Below, in pieces: positions 48,205 to 58,111 of a stretch of 64,000 nucleotides of DNA. The position numbers and the translations under genes are program-made. The stretch is from the NCBI GenBank assembly GCA_938083505.1, contig CALKCF010000007.1, positions 1 through 64,000 of the forward strand, written 5' to 3'. The DNA comes from an uncultured archaeon (GTDB lineage: Archaea; Thermoproteota; Nitrososphaeria_A; Caldarchaeales; Wolframiiraptoraceae). The first letter of the stretch is position 1. Each line of letters starts with the position of its first letter. Under the pieces are notes generated by a model. That model saw only the letters and a list, made by a program, of their open reading frames with translations, ran no database searches and was not told where the DNA came from.

Positions 48205-49731
48205 ATGGCTTGGAGGAAAATACTATCTGAGGGGTATAACATTCCCGAGAGAGTTAGTATATTCGACACGACCCTAAGAGATGGTGAGCAGACGCCTGGC
48301 GTCGCCCTGACGCCGGAGGATAAGGTCGAGATAGCTATACAGCTCGACAAGCTCGGCGTCGACATCATAGAAGCAGGCTTTCCGATAACCTCGAAGGGTG
48401 AACAGAAGGCCGTATCGGACATATGTAAGCTCGGCCTCTCGGCCAAAATATGCGCACTTGCAAGGTGCGAGAAGAACGACATAGATGCGGCGGTCGATGC
48501 TGGCGTCGATTGGGTCCACGTGTTCCTGGCAACCTCCGACATACACCTAAAGCACAAGCTTAGGATGACAAGGGAGCAAGCCCTCACGAAGATAGCAGAA
48601 GCTGTTGAGTATGCTAAATCAAGAGGGGTGATTGTTCATTACTCGGCCGAAGATGCGACAAGGACAGAACATGACTTTCTGATGAAAGCGTTAAAAGTAG
48701 CAGTCGATGCTGGAGCGGACAGTGTAGACATACCAGACACCGTTGGCTTTGGGATACCCGCGGCAATTCGTAGAATAGTGTCCTCTGCGAAGTTTGTTAC
48801 AGGAAAGCCAGTAGCAGTTCACTGTCATGACGACATGGGGTTGGCAGTAGCAAACTCGCTTTCAGCCGTCGAAGCAGGTGCGGAGATAATCCATGCGACG
48901 ATTAACGGAATAGGTGAGAGGGCTGGCAATGCAAGCTTAGAGGAGATAGTCGTAGCACTAAACATGCTTTACGGTGTGAAGACTAACATAAACCTACAAG
49001 AGATATACAAGACGTCTAGGCTTGTTGCAAAGCTTACTGGTGTTTGGATTCCTAAGAACAAGGCAATAGTCGGCGAGAACGCTTTTGCGCACGAGAGCGG
49101 TATACACGTGCACGGTATACTCGGCTCTCCTGAAACTTACGAACCAATAGCACCAGAACTTGTCGGAAGGAGAAGGAAGATAGTTGCCGGAAAGCACTCA
49201 GGCATACACAGCATAGATTTCCTGCTTAAAGAGCGCGGTCTTGAGATGGACAAGGTGAAGGCTAGAGAAGTTCTGGAAAGGGTCAAAGCCCTCGGGGATA
49301 TGGGCATGAGGGTTTCGGACGCCAAACTTAAGGAGATAGCTGAAGAAATTGTAGGCGAGTCAAGAGATTCTCGGACAATATTCCTGAAGGAGTTCAGCGT
49401 CGTATCGAATACGAATTGTGCGACGGCGCGCATATCTTTGAAAATAGGCGACGAAGTCATCACGGCTGAGTCTTTAGACCACAGCCCGGTTGCCGCATCC
49501 CTCTCAGCCCTTCTGAACGCTGTATCGAGAAAGATGAACATCAAGTTGATTGACTTTAGAATCGATGCAACATCTTACTCACCAGATTTGAAATGTGAGG
49601 CAGAAGTAGTTTTGAGTGTCAACAACTCACAGGAGTATGTTGGCGAGGCGGTCGGGCACGACCCGGCTTTTGTCACAGTAAACGCCATAATAACGGGCAT
49701 CGAGAAGGCTGTGCAGTCCTCTCGGTCATAG
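48205..49731 (+). CDS. leuA: 2-isopropylmalate synthase / citramalate synthase family
   Basis: [46 protein letters not shown]; C-terminal allosteric domain. Confidence 0.92.
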   Translation: MAWRKILSEGYNIPERVSIFDTTLRDGEQTPGVALTPEDKVEIAIQLDKLGVDIIEAGFPITSKGEQKAVSDICKLGLSAKICALARCEKNDIDAAVDAGVDWVHVFLATSDIHLKHKLRMTREQALTKIAEAVEYAKSRGVIVHYSAEDATRTEHDFLMKALKVAVDAGADSVDIPDTVGFGIPAAIRRIVSSAKFVTGKPVAVHCHDDMGLAVANSLSAVEAGAEIIHATINGIGERAGNASLEEIVVALNMLYGVKTNINLQEIYKTSRLVAKLTGVWIPKNKAIVGENAFAHESGIHVHGILGSPETYEPIAPELVGRRRKIVAGKHSGIHSIDFLLKERGLEMDKVKAREVLERVKALGDMGMRVSDAKLKEIAEEIVGESRDSRTIFLKEFSVVSNTNCATARISLKIGDEVITAESLDHSPVAASLSALLNAVSRKMNIKLIDFRIDATSYSPDLKCEAEVVLSVNNSQEYVGEAVGHDPAFVTVNAIITGIEKAVQSSRS

Positions 49732-49755
49732 GTGGAGTAACATGAAAGTTATCAC

Positions 49756-49770
49756 GAAACGTTTTTATAA
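49756..49770 (+). promoter_or_regulatory. BRE/TATA promoter for ilvBNC
   Basis: GAAACGTTTTTATAA about 155 nt upstream of the ilvB ATG. Confidence 0.6.
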
Positions 49771-49799
49771 TGCGGAAGTTTTTCCCTTCACTTTGAGAT

Positions 49800-49927
49800 G
49801 TGAGGGTGATAATAATGCGCCAAATTATCTAGCAATTTTAGATAAGCCCTCACCTAGTATCTACCCTCTAGTATCGTGCTGTTCTCTTCTTTATCTGGAA
49901 ATCCATTTGTATGCGGTGAAGGCATAT
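49800..49927 (+). promoter_or_regulatory. Candidate ilvB attenuator leader: uORF MRQII* and alternative anti-SD pairings
   Basis: SD GAGGGTGAT followed by ATG CGC CAA ATT ATC TAG (49815-49832); 49842-54 is complementary to both 49800-07 and the ilvB RBS at 49915-27. Confidence 0.55.
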
Positions 49928-51671
49928 GGTAAGGGCAGCTGATGCTCTGGTCAAGGCCATGGAATCAAAGGGTGTGGAGGTCATCTTCGGTATACCCGGT
50001 GGTTCTAATTTAACGTTTTACGACGCGCTGTATGACAGTAACATAAGAACCATACTGATGAGGCATGAACAGCAGGCAGTGCATGCGGCAGAGGGTTATG
50101 CAAGGGTTAAGGGAAGGCCTGGGATAGCCTTAGCGACATCAGGTCCAGGTGCAACGAACCTAGTGACCGGAATAGTTAACGCGATGATGGACAGTCAGCC
50201 TGTTATAGCGATAACTGGTCAGGTAACGCGCGACGTGCTCGGAACAGATGCCTTCCAAGAAACGGACATAACAGGCATACTTTTGCCCGTCACAAAATAT
50301 ACTGTAACTGTCAAAGACCCATCTAAGCTTGCCCAGACGTTCATAGACGCATGGTACATCGCCACAACCGGCAGGCCTGGTCCTGTTCTCATCGACGTTC
50401 CAAGGGACGTGTTCCAAGCAGAGGTCGAGCCTCAGTGGAAGAACGAGCCAAGTCTAGCGAAGTATGTGCTAGACTCTCAGATAAGCCATGTCCATGAACC
50501 GGACCCGGAGCTCATAGTGAGGGCTGCCGAGATATTGACGAACGCCGAGAAACCCGTGATAATAGCTGGCGGAGGTGTGATAATAAGTAACGCTTCCGAG
50601 GAACTCGTCAAGCTGGCCGAGTACCTTATGGCTCCTGTCGTGGTTACAACACCTGGTCTGGGTTCCATACCTTCTGACCACCCGCTCATGCTGGGCGTCA
50701 TTGGTATGCATGGCAGAATTGAGGCAAACCTTGCCGTGATAGAGTCGGACACGATTCTGGCAGTCGGTATAAGGTTCTCCGATAGGTCTGTTGGAAGGTT
50801 TGATGAGCTTCAAAGAGATAGAAAGATAATCCACATAGATATAGATGCTAGCGAGATCAGCAAGAATGTTACACCAACCGTAGGCATAGTCGGCGATGCC
50901 AAGAGGACTTTGGCCGAAATTTATGCCTGCGTAACTTCAAGGATTGCAAGAAAAGACGCGAGACCATTCGTTCAAAGGCTCAAAGCGATAGGTGAGAGGT
51001 TTGATGAGTTCATGAACAACCATGGCGAACTGAGTAGGATAACTCCTTGGCGTGCGCTTAAGGTGATAAGAGAGGAGTTACCACGGAATGCAATAGTAGC
51101 GACGGGTGTCGGGCAACACCAGATGTGGGTCCAGCTTTACTTCAAGGTTTTCGAGCCAAGAACGCTTCTGACGAGTTGCGGCCTCGGAACTATGGGCTTC
51201 GGCCTACCTGCTGCCATCGGCGCGAAAATTGCAGCACCAGACAGGGCCGTAGCCTGCATCGATGGCGACGGTAGTTTCATCATGACGTGCCAGAGCTTGA
51301 TACCGATAGCCCAGTACGACATACCCATTATATGCATAATATTCAACAATAGGGTCCTAGGTATGATAAGGCAGTGGCAGGACTTCTTCTACCAAAAAAG
51401 GTACAAGGATGAGAGTCTCAATATATATCTAAAGAAATACGTCAGTAAAAGCGTTGATTATGTGAAGCTCGCAGAATCCATGGGTGTAGAGGGAGCTTTA
51501 GCAGAGTCGCTGGACGATTTAAGGATGTTAATTAGGAGGGCTGTAAGAGCAGGACAAGCGCTGGTCATAGACTTGCCGATAGACAAGGATGAGAGAGTAC
51601 TGCCAATGGTACCTCCTGGCAAGTGGCTCAGTCAGATGATAGTGCCCCAGGGGTTCGATATCTATGGTTAA
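49926..51671 (+). CDS. ilvB: Acetolactate synthase large subunit
   Basis: FGIPGG, RHEQ, TSGPGATN, AFQE, GVGQHQMW, GTMGFGLP, GDGSF..NN. Confidence 0.96.
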   Translation: MVRAADALVKAMESKGVEVIFGIPGGSNLTFYDALYDSNIRTILMRHEQQAVHAAEGYARVKGRPGIALATSGPGATNLVTGIVNAMMDSQPVIAITGQVTRDVLGTDAFQETDITGILLPVTKYTVTVKDPSKLAQTFIDAWYIATTGRPGPVLIDVPRDVFQAEVEPQWKNEPSLAKYVLDSQISHVHEPDPELIVRAAEILTNAEKPVIIAGGGVIISNASEELVKLAEYLMAPVVVTTPGLGSIPSDHPLMLGVIGMHGRIEANLAVIESDTILAVGIRFSDRSVGRFDELQRDRKIIHIDIDASEISKNVTPTVGIVGDAKRTLAEIYACVTSRIARKDARPFVQRLKAIGERFDEFMNNHGELSRITPWRALKVIREELPRNAIVATGVGQHQMWVQLYFKVFEPRTLLTSCGLGTMGFGLPAAIGAKIAAPDRAVACIDGDGSFIMTCQSLIPIAQYDIPIICIIFNNRVLGMIRQWQDFFYQKRYKDESLNIYLKKYVSKSVDYVKLAESMGVEGALAESLDDLRMLIRRAVRAGQALVIDLPIDKDERVLPMVPPGKWLSQMIVPQGFDIYG

Positions 51672-51933
51672 GCATACGTTCACCGCATTGATAGAGGACT
51701 CACTGGAGGCACTCCTCAAAGTATTCTTGACTACGAAGCAAGCTCAGGCGAAGCTTATCCGTGTGGAAGTTGACGATTCTGGTATAGATAACGTCAAGCT
51801 CTTAACTATGACGGTGTCGGTAAAACCTGAAAGGGCGGAGTGGCTCAAGAGAAAGTTATTTAACCTACCTGTGGTGCTGAAGGTAGATTACACAATATCG
51901 GATACGGGTCTGATGAAAAGTATGGATGCATAG
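51664..51933 (+). CDS. ilvN: ACT-domain acetolactate synthase small subunit
   Basis: 89 aa ACT-like pattern ending [11 protein letters not shown]; lies between ilvB and ilvC. Confidence 0.75.
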   Translation: MVKHTFTALIEDSLEALLKVFLTTKQAQAKLIRVEVDDSGIDNVKLLTMTVSVKPERAEWLKRKLFNLPVVLKVDYTISDTGLMKSMDA

Positions 51934-51947
51934 GTGGTGAGAGGCAG

Positions 51948-52928
51948 ATGGTAAAAATATACTACGAGAGCGACATAAGCCTCGAGCCGCTGCTTGGTAA
52001 GAAGGTAGCAGTCATAGGTTACGGGAGCCAAGGAAGGGCCCAAGCACTCAACATGAGGGACTCTGGAATAGACGTCATTGTTGGTGTTAGAGAAGGAGGA
52101 AAATCTTGGAGTGTGGTGAAAGAAGACGGTCTTGAGCCGCTTCCTGTAGAGAAGGCAGCGAAGGAAGGAGACGTAATCCACATGCTAATACCGGATGTGA
52201 TGCAGCCTGAGGTTTACAAGAAATTCATAGAACCAAACCTGAAAGCTGGAAAGGTCTTGGGCTTCTCGCATGGCTACAACATACACTTTAGGCAGATCAT
52301 ACCACCAAGTTACGTGGACGTCGTGCTCGTCGCTCCTAAGGCACCAGGTCCGAGAATGCGTGAGCTCTACCTTGAAGGCAAGGGCGTCCCGGCACTTTTC
52401 GCGGTGAAACAGGATTATTCTGGAAACGCAAGGATGATAGCTTTGGCTATGGCTAAGGCGTTAGGTTGCGCCAGGGCTGGCGTCCTTGAGACGACATTTA
52501 AGGAGGAGACGGAAACTGACCTACTGGGAGAGCAAGCGGTTTTGGTTGGCGGTCTCATTGAGCTCATAAAGAAGGGATATGAGGTACTGGTCGAGGCAGG
52601 ATACCAGCCAGAGCTTGCATACTTCGAAGTATGCAACGAGATGAAGCTAATAGTCGACTTAATATATAAAGGAGGCTTGGTCGGAATGCTGAAGGCAGTC
52701 TCCGATACCGCAAAGTTCGGCGGCCTACTTGTGGGCTCCCAGATAATCGACGAGCGTGTAAAGGAGAATATGAGGGAGGCTCTCAGGAGAATTCAAGACG
52801 GCTCCTTCGCGAGACTTTGGAGCGAAGACCCGAGGAGTAAGCTAATACTCGAGAAGAAGATGGAGGAAATAAGGAACCATCCAATAGAGAAAGTGGGCGA
52901 GGCCGTTAGGAAGTTGGCCCAAATATAG
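51948..52928 (+). CDS. ilvC: Ketol-acid reductoisomerase
   Basis: [35 protein letters not shown]. Confidence 0.97.
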   Translation: MVKIYYESDISLEPLLGKKVAVIGYGSQGRAQALNMRDSGIDVIVGVREGGKSWSVVKEDGLEPLPVEKAAKEGDVIHMLIPDVMQPEVYKKFIEPNLKAGKVLGFSHGYNIHFRQIIPPSYVDVVLVAPKAPGPRMRELYLEGKGVPALFAVKQDYSGNARMIALAMAKALGCARAGVLETTFKEETETDLLGEQAVLVGGLIELIKKGYEVLVEAGYQPELAYFEVCNEMKLIVDLIYKGGLVGMLKAVSDTAKFGGLLVGSQIIDERVKENMREALRRIQDGSFARLWSEDPRSKLILEKKMEEIRNHPIEKVGEAVRKLAQI

Positions 52929-53699
52929 TCAGCCTTGGAATAAGATCGGAAGGAGTTTGTAGTACACTGCCAGGCCGAACAGGAGCAGAGACATTAACAA
53001 GACCACATAGTCCTTAGCACTCATTTTAAGTTCTCTTAATGAAGTTCTTTTCTTCGCAGCACCAAAGCACTTAACTTCCATCGCCTCCGCCAACTCGTAT
53101 GCCCTTCTGAGAGCGTTCGCGAGGAGCGGTACGAGTATCGGTATAAGCTTCTTAGCTCTCTCTAAAGGCCCGCCCCTGTCCAGCTCGACGCCGCGTGCCC
53201 TCTGCGCATCCATGATGTCTTTGAGCTCTTGGGCTATTATCGGCGTAAACCTTATCGCCGATATGAAGGCGAATGTGTATGGGTAGGGGACACGCCAGCT
53301 TGTAAGCGTTAGCCCTATCTCTTCCGGTGTCGTGGTCAAGAAGAATATTGAGAACGATGAAAGGAACAGCACAAGCCTGTACGCTAGCGTTGCTGAATAG
53401 TAAAGCGTCTCTTGCAATGTCGCATGGGTATCAGTCGAGATGAAGAATATAGCATTTAAACCAAAGACAAGGGCAGCCAGGGGCATCGAGCCCCTTATCG
53501 TCTTAAGCCAGCGTCGCACTATCTTAGCAATGTAAGCCATAACCGCCTGTACTGTTATGAGAATCGTCAGCATCCATACCTCTGCATACATCACGACTAT
53601 GATGAGCATTATCGTGGAAACGAGAAGTTTCACCCTTGGATCGAGCTTGTGTATCGCTGTATCGCCAGCGTAGAACTTAAGCCCCTCTAGTATGCTCAA
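52929..53699 (-). CDS. ecfT: ECF transporter T component
   Basis: HKLDPRVKL, TTTPEE, IRFTP, AQRARG. Confidence 0.92.
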   Translation of the reverse strand: MSILEGLKFYAGDTAIHKLDPRVKLLVSTIMLIIVVMYAEVWMLTILITVQAVMAYIAKIVRRWLKTIRGSMPLAALVFGLNAIFFISTDTHATLQETLYYSATLAYRLVLFLSSFSIFFLTTTPEEIGLTLTSWRVPYPYTFAFISAIRFTPIIAQELKDIMDAQRARGVELDRGGPLERAKKLIPILVPLLANALRRAYELAEAMEVKCFGAAKKRTSLRELKMSAKDYVVLLMSLLLFGLAVYYKLLPILFQG

Positions 53700-54513
53700 G
53701 CCTCCTCAACCCATCCACTATGCTCCTTATAGCATCCTCGACCGAGATTACCTTAGTATTAAAGCCAAGGTCTGCCAACCTAGACACCGTTGCGGCCACC
53801 TGGGGCATGAGTATCGAGCAGCTGCTAAGCAGCTCACCATCTGTCAATATCGCCTCAGCCCTACCGTCCGCCACTATCCTTCCTCTTGACATCAGGATGA
53901 CCCTCGGTCTAAGTTCAGCGACAAACTCTACGTCATGTGTTGAAATTATGACTGACCTTCCCTGTAGATTCAGCTGCTTTATCATTTCCTTTAGCTTCTC
54001 CTTCTGCGCATTGTCCTGGCCGACTGTCGGTTCGTCCATTGCTATGACCTGTGGATTCCATGCCAAGATTATCGCAAGGGCTAGCCTCTTCTTCTCACCA
54101 CCGCTCAGTAGAAAGGGAGACCTCTTCCGGTATTTCTCCAGCTCCATGAACTTAAGGGCCCAGTCTACCCTTCTCTGCACAACCTCCTCACTGAAGCCCA
54201 AATTCCTTAAAGAGAAAGCAACCTCCTCCTCAACCGTCGGAAGAAAGAACATATCGTCGGTGTTTTGGAACATTATGCCGACGATCCTGGACAGTTGTGC
54301 CACGCTAAGCGTCCTAGTGTCCTTTCCGTTTACGTAGACGCTACCGGTGGTTGGTTTTAGAAGACCGTTTAAGTGCTTTATGAACGTAGTCTTGCCAGCA
54401 CCGTTCTCGCCCATCAGCGCCACTAGCTCACCTCTTCCGATCTCGACACTGATACCGTTTAACGCCTTTACACCAGTGGGATAAACGTAGGTCACGTTAT
54501 CGAACCTTATCAT
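53677..54513 (-). CDS. ecfA: ECF transporter ATPase
   Basis: GENGAGKTT, FQN, LSGGEKKR, DEPT. Confidence 0.93.
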   Translation of the reverse strand: MIRFDNVTYVYPTGVKALNGISVEIGRGELVALMGENGAGKTTFIKHLNGLLKPTTGSVYVNGKDTRTLSVAQLSRIVGIMFQNTDDMFFLPTVEEEVAFSLRNLGFSEEVVQRRVDWALKFMELEKYRKRSPFLLSGGEKKRLALAIILAWNPQVIAMDEPTVGQDNAQKEKLKEMIKQLNLQGRSVIISTHDVEFVAELRPRVILMSRGRIVADGRAEAILTDGELLSSCSILMPQVAATVSRLADLGFNTKVISVEDAIRSIVDGLRRLEHTRGA

Positions 54514-55351
54514 GGACGAATCCTCTTATACCCCGCTCGAACTCTTCGGGGCTTAGCGGCACATCGTTAAACACTTTTAAATGTTTGTTCACACCCTTAG
54601 CCATGCTTACGACCTTCGGGACAGGTACACCGTAGGGCATAACCTCTTCCGAGGCGAAAATTTCCCTCGGATCCCCGTCCATGATTATACTTCCTTTCTG
54701 CATGACGATTACCCTGTCTACCTTGTCGGCCAACAGCTCAACTCTGTGCTCAGCCACTATGACCGTGGTCCCTAGCTCTTTCTTTATCTTAAAAATTGTA
54801 TCGATTATCGACTTTGCGGATACGGGGTCCAAGGATGACGTCGGCTCGTCAAGTACCATGAGCCTGGGCATCAACGCGAGTATCGAGGCGATAGCAACCT
54901 TCTGTTGCTGACCTCCTGACAGCTCGAAAGGTGACCTCTTACTCAGGTCCTCTATCCCAACTGCCTTGAGAGCAAAATCCACTCTGCGCCTGATCTCATC
55001 TCTTGGTATGCCCAAATTCTCGAGCGCAAAGGCGACGTCGTTCTCAACAGTCAACGAGAATAGCTGATTCTCTGGATTTTGGAATACCATGCCAACGTGT
55101 TGGGAGAGTACATAGGTTGGTGTTTTGGAAACGTCCATACCGGCAACTATTACCCTTCCGTCAATCTTGCCAGCATAAAAATGCGGTATGAGACCATTTA
55201 GACATCTGCAAAGCGTTGACTTTCCACAGCCGCTAGGTCCGAGGAGGAGGACAAACTCTCCATCTTCGATACTTAGATCTATGTTACTGAGGGCGGGAAT
55301 ATCAGAACCACTGTAGGTAAATGTCAGCCCCTCGACCTTTACTATCTCCAT
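54497..55351 (-). CDS. ecfA: ECF transporter ATPase
   Basis: GPSGCGKST, FQNPENQ, LSGGQQQK, DEPT. Confidence 0.93.
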   Translation of the reverse strand: MEIVKVEGLTFTYSGSDIPALSNIDLSIEDGEFVLLLGPSGCGKSTLCRCLNGLIPHFYAGKIDGRVIVAGMDVSKTPTYVLSQHVGMVFQNPENQLFSLTVENDVAFALENLGIPRDEIRRRVDFALKAVGIEDLSKRSPFELSGGQQQKVAIASILALMPRLMVLDEPTSSLDPVSAKSIIDTIFKIKKELGTTVIVAEHRVELLADKVDRVIVMQKGSIIMDGDPREIFASEEVMPYGVPVPKVVSMAKGVNKHLKVFNDVPLSPEEFERGIRGFVHDKVR

Positions 55352-55357
55352 CTTCTG

Positions 55358-56371
55358 TTACACTCGGCTCAACTTATCACTGAGCAAACCTTCTAATAAG
55401 CTCAAGCACAGCTTAATGGCCTCTTCTGGTGTTGATTTACAATATACCCTTGCGGCTGTAGCATGACCTCCGCCATGTCCTCCTAGCCTTGCACCAACTA
55501 CCTGCGCCACATCCTTTCCTAGGTTTATGTTAGTTCTGGCAAAGAAATCTTGCTGAGACCTCATTGACACCGCAACACCGTCCTTATACTCGCCAGCCAC
55601 TATTGATATATGACAACCAAGCGATAGGAGAGCCCTAGCGACAGACGTCTGGAATGAGCTTACTTGTGATGTTGCTATTAACCACTCGCCAGACCTGTAT
55701 AGGTTCATTCTAGTAGCTCCCTTCAGACGTGCTATCCTTTCTGAAATATCTATCGGAACCTCTACCGCTTGTATGCTCTTGGAAGGATTGACGCCCAACT
55801 TTATGAGCTCGCAAACTTTACTCATAGTCTCCAAATTTGCAAGCGACAATCTTGCAGTATCGTAGTATATTCCGAGGAATAGCGCCTCAGCCTCTATCAA
55901 GTCAAGCTTTATATTCATAAGCTGGAAAACGTCCATTATGAGTTCGCAAAGTGCGCGGTAATCCTCGGAAAGGAATGCCAAAAAACCTTGTGGATACCCG
56001 CCTTGCGGAGGTGCGTGATGGTCTATGATGTATACTTTACCGCGAGCTTTCATAACGTCTTCGATGTATTCGCCTACTTGTTCGAATGAACCGACATCTA
56101 CTAATATTATGATGTCGACATCACCTATGGGCCCGCTTCTTATTTCGAGCTCGAGATAATCCACCATGGCCTTTACTTGTGCTGAAGTCTCATCTGGTAT
56201 GTGCACGTATACTGCGGTGCAACCTACGACCTCTTCAAGGACCCTCTTAAGAACGTAGGCGGCACCGACAGCGTCAGCGTCACCACCGACATGTGTTACT
56301 ATGGCTACAGTTTTACCACTAATTGAGCTAAGGAAGTCGCTAACGTCCTTGGCGAGTATCCTGTCTTTCAT
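55358..56371 (-). CDS. DHH/DHHA1 phosphoesterase (NrnA-like)
   Basis: THVGGDADA, IDHH, GIYYDT, GGHGGGHATAA; typical position after prefoldin beta. Confidence 0.88.
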   Translation of the reverse strand: MKDRILAKDVSDFLSSISGKTVAIVTHVGGDADAVGAAYVLKRVLEEVVGCTAVYVHIPDETSAQVKAMVDYLELEIRSGPIGDVDIIILVDVGSFEQVGEYIEDVMKARGKVYIIDHHAPPQGGYPQGFLAFLSEDYRALCELIMDVFQLMNIKLDLIEAEALFLGIYYDTARLSLANLETMSKVCELIKLGVNPSKSIQAVEVPIDISERIARLKGATRMNLYRSGEWLIATSQVSSFQTSVARALLSLGCHISIVAGEYKDGVAVSMRSQQDFFARTNINLGKDVAQVVGARLGGHGGGHATAARVYCKSTPEEAIKLCLSLLEGLLSDKLSRV

Positions 56372-56727
56372 GACGAAGTCTGCTGGCCAGACATGATTCT
56401 TTGTATGTCCTTCTGTACAGATTCTATCTGCGTCCTCATCTTGGCATCCTGCTTCTCCAAGATTTTAAGCCTCGTCTCCGTCAGCTCCTTTTTTTCCTTT
56501 AGCTCAACAATAAGCTTGTCTTTGTTCACTTTTACGAGTATCGGGCCTGCAGCCTTATACACGACTACATTCTCGTCAGTCTTCTCAAGCTCCTCGAGTG
56601 CATTGGTTATTTCAGCAAGCTCCACTTCAAGCCTCTGTCTCTCCGCTAATAGGGCATTCAGCGTCTGCTGGAGCTGCTGTAGTCTGAGCAATTGCTGCTG
56701 AATACTTGGCGGTATCTCTTTCGACAA
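56368..56727 (-). CDS. pfdB: Prefoldin beta subunit
   Basis: IPPSIQQQL, coiled coils, VYKAAGPILVK. Confidence 0.95.
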   Translation of the reverse strand: MSKEIPPSIQQQLLRLQQLQQTLNALLAERQRLEVELAEITNALEELEKTDENVVVYKAAGPILVKVNKDKLIVELKEKKELTETRLKILEKQDAKMRTQIESVQKDIQRIMSGQQTSS

Positions 56728-56797
56728 CCTACCACCCCCACAATAACTTCTAATGACCCCGAAATTCTTTTTAAAGCCTCCCTATAAACGTGTTCTA

Positions 56798-57055
56798 TCA
56801 GGCCTTACCAGACGCCAGCTCGTAGACTTGCAAGACAGCATCTATCCAACGTAAAAAGGAGTTAATGCTGGCCCTCATGGCCGTTAGGTCGTTAGCACTC
56901 ACCTTCAGGTTAAGGGCACAACCTGAGGCCTCTACACCCACTGTTACCCTTTTCGACGAAATAGTCTCGGTCTCAATTTTTAGTGCCCGCGCGATAACCT
57001 CCGATGTTCTACCTTTCATCGGTATGGATATGCTGACCTTTACATACCTTTCCAT
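56798..57055 (-). CDS. pcc1: KEOPS complex subunit Pcc1
   Basis: ANDLTAMRASINSFLRW motif; start at ATG 57055. Confidence 0.88.
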   Translation of the reverse strand: MERYVKVSISIPMKGRTSEVIARALKIETETISSKRVTVGVEASGCALNLKVSANDLTAMRASINSFLRWIDAVLQVYELASGKA

Positions 57056-57060
57056 TCCCG

Positions 57061-57288
57061 TTACTTCTTTGAAACGTATGGTGTGTACGCACCACCCGCG
57101 AAAGTGTAACCACACTTTCTACAGCCCCATACGCCAATGAACTTCCGCCTGACAGCCACCACACCACACTTCGGACACTCATACGTTGCCTTTTGCTGCT
57201 GTTCTATTTCCAATAACCTTTTCCTCAGAGTCGCACCGTATCTTGCGCCGAACCGATTGACAGAGTTCCCGACTTTCTTACCCAACAC
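57061..57288 (-). CDS. rpl37ae: 50S ribosomal protein L37ae
   Basis: RFGARYGATLRK, CPKC, GVWGCRKCGYTFAGGAY. Confidence 0.97.
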   Translation of the reverse strand: MLGKKVGNSVNRFGARYGATLRKRLLEIEQQQKATYECPKCGVVAVRRKFIGVWGCRKCGYTFAGGAYTPYVSKK

Positions 57289-58108
57289 CCACGACCTCCT
57301 TAAATTGCGCCCTAATCTTGCTTATCTGTTCTTCTGCGATATTTATTATACTTTCCATCAACAAAAACGGTATATGTCCTGGAGAGTTCTTCTGTACCGC
57401 GACGACGTTGGATGCGCTATCCATACATATCACGATTGATGTATCTAATGAGTTCTCCTCGGCCAGACAGGGATCTACCAGCAGCTTGTCCTTGATTATG
57501 CCTATCGTTAAGGAAAGAGGCACATCCCTGATGGGCACTTTTATGTACTCACCTTCAACCCTTTCAACTTTCTCGTTGACGAGTGAATAATTAGGTAATG
57601 TACAAGTCGCCAGAGCAGCCATTGCAGAGATAACAGATGGGTCGAAATAGTTGCCATCATAGTCCAGCACATATATATCTATGTAGAGGACGTAGACCGT
57701 CCTTCCTGGAACGATGCAGAGCTTCTCGAGGTCTATCGCCTTTCCTTCACGTATGCACCTATCCACAACTCTCGCCAGCTCTATGCCCCTCTCATCAGGT
57801 GGGCCCGGCTCGAAGCTTTTAGACGCAAGCGGTAGTAGCTCAGCATTGACGGAGAATACGCCCTCGTTGGGTCTATCGCCGTACGGTGTACCGAGCTCGA
57901 CCTTTATCCCCGTAAGTATCCTCGTGCTTCCCATAGAAACTAGAGCTGAGCCGTTTGCCTTCTCCACGACGTTCGTTTGTATCGTTATCTTCCTGAACTC
58001 GTATGGTGACCTCTCATCTATCCTCTTTCCTTGCTGAAGTAGCTTGTACACCCTTTCACTCATTATCTTTATGGTAAACGACCTCTCCTTAAGAGGAAGG
58101 AATGACAT
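57278..58108 (-). CDS. rrp42: Exosome complex component Rrp42
   Basis: RNase PH fold, KANGSA, FEPGPPDE, ELARVVDR, DYDGN. Confidence 0.95.
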   Translation of the reverse strand: MSFLPLKERSFTIKIMSERVYKLLQQGKRIDERSPYEFRKITIQTNVVEKANGSALVSMGSTRILTGIKVELGTPYGDRPNEGVFSVNAELLPLASKSFEPGPPDERGIELARVVDRCIREGKAIDLEKLCIVPGRTVYVLYIDIYVLDYDGNYFDPSVISAMAALATCTLPNYSLVNEKVERVEGEYIKVPIRDVPLSLTIGIIKDKLLVDPCLAEENSLDTSIVICMDSASNVVAVQKNSPGHIPFLLMESIINIAEEQISKIRAQFKEVVGVG

Positions 58109-58111
58109 AAT

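Noticed and set aside
49742-49942. 66-aa ORF between leuA and ilvB
   Set aside because: It runs through the ilvB TATA box and structured leader and has no protein-like features; the region is better explained as regulatory RNA.
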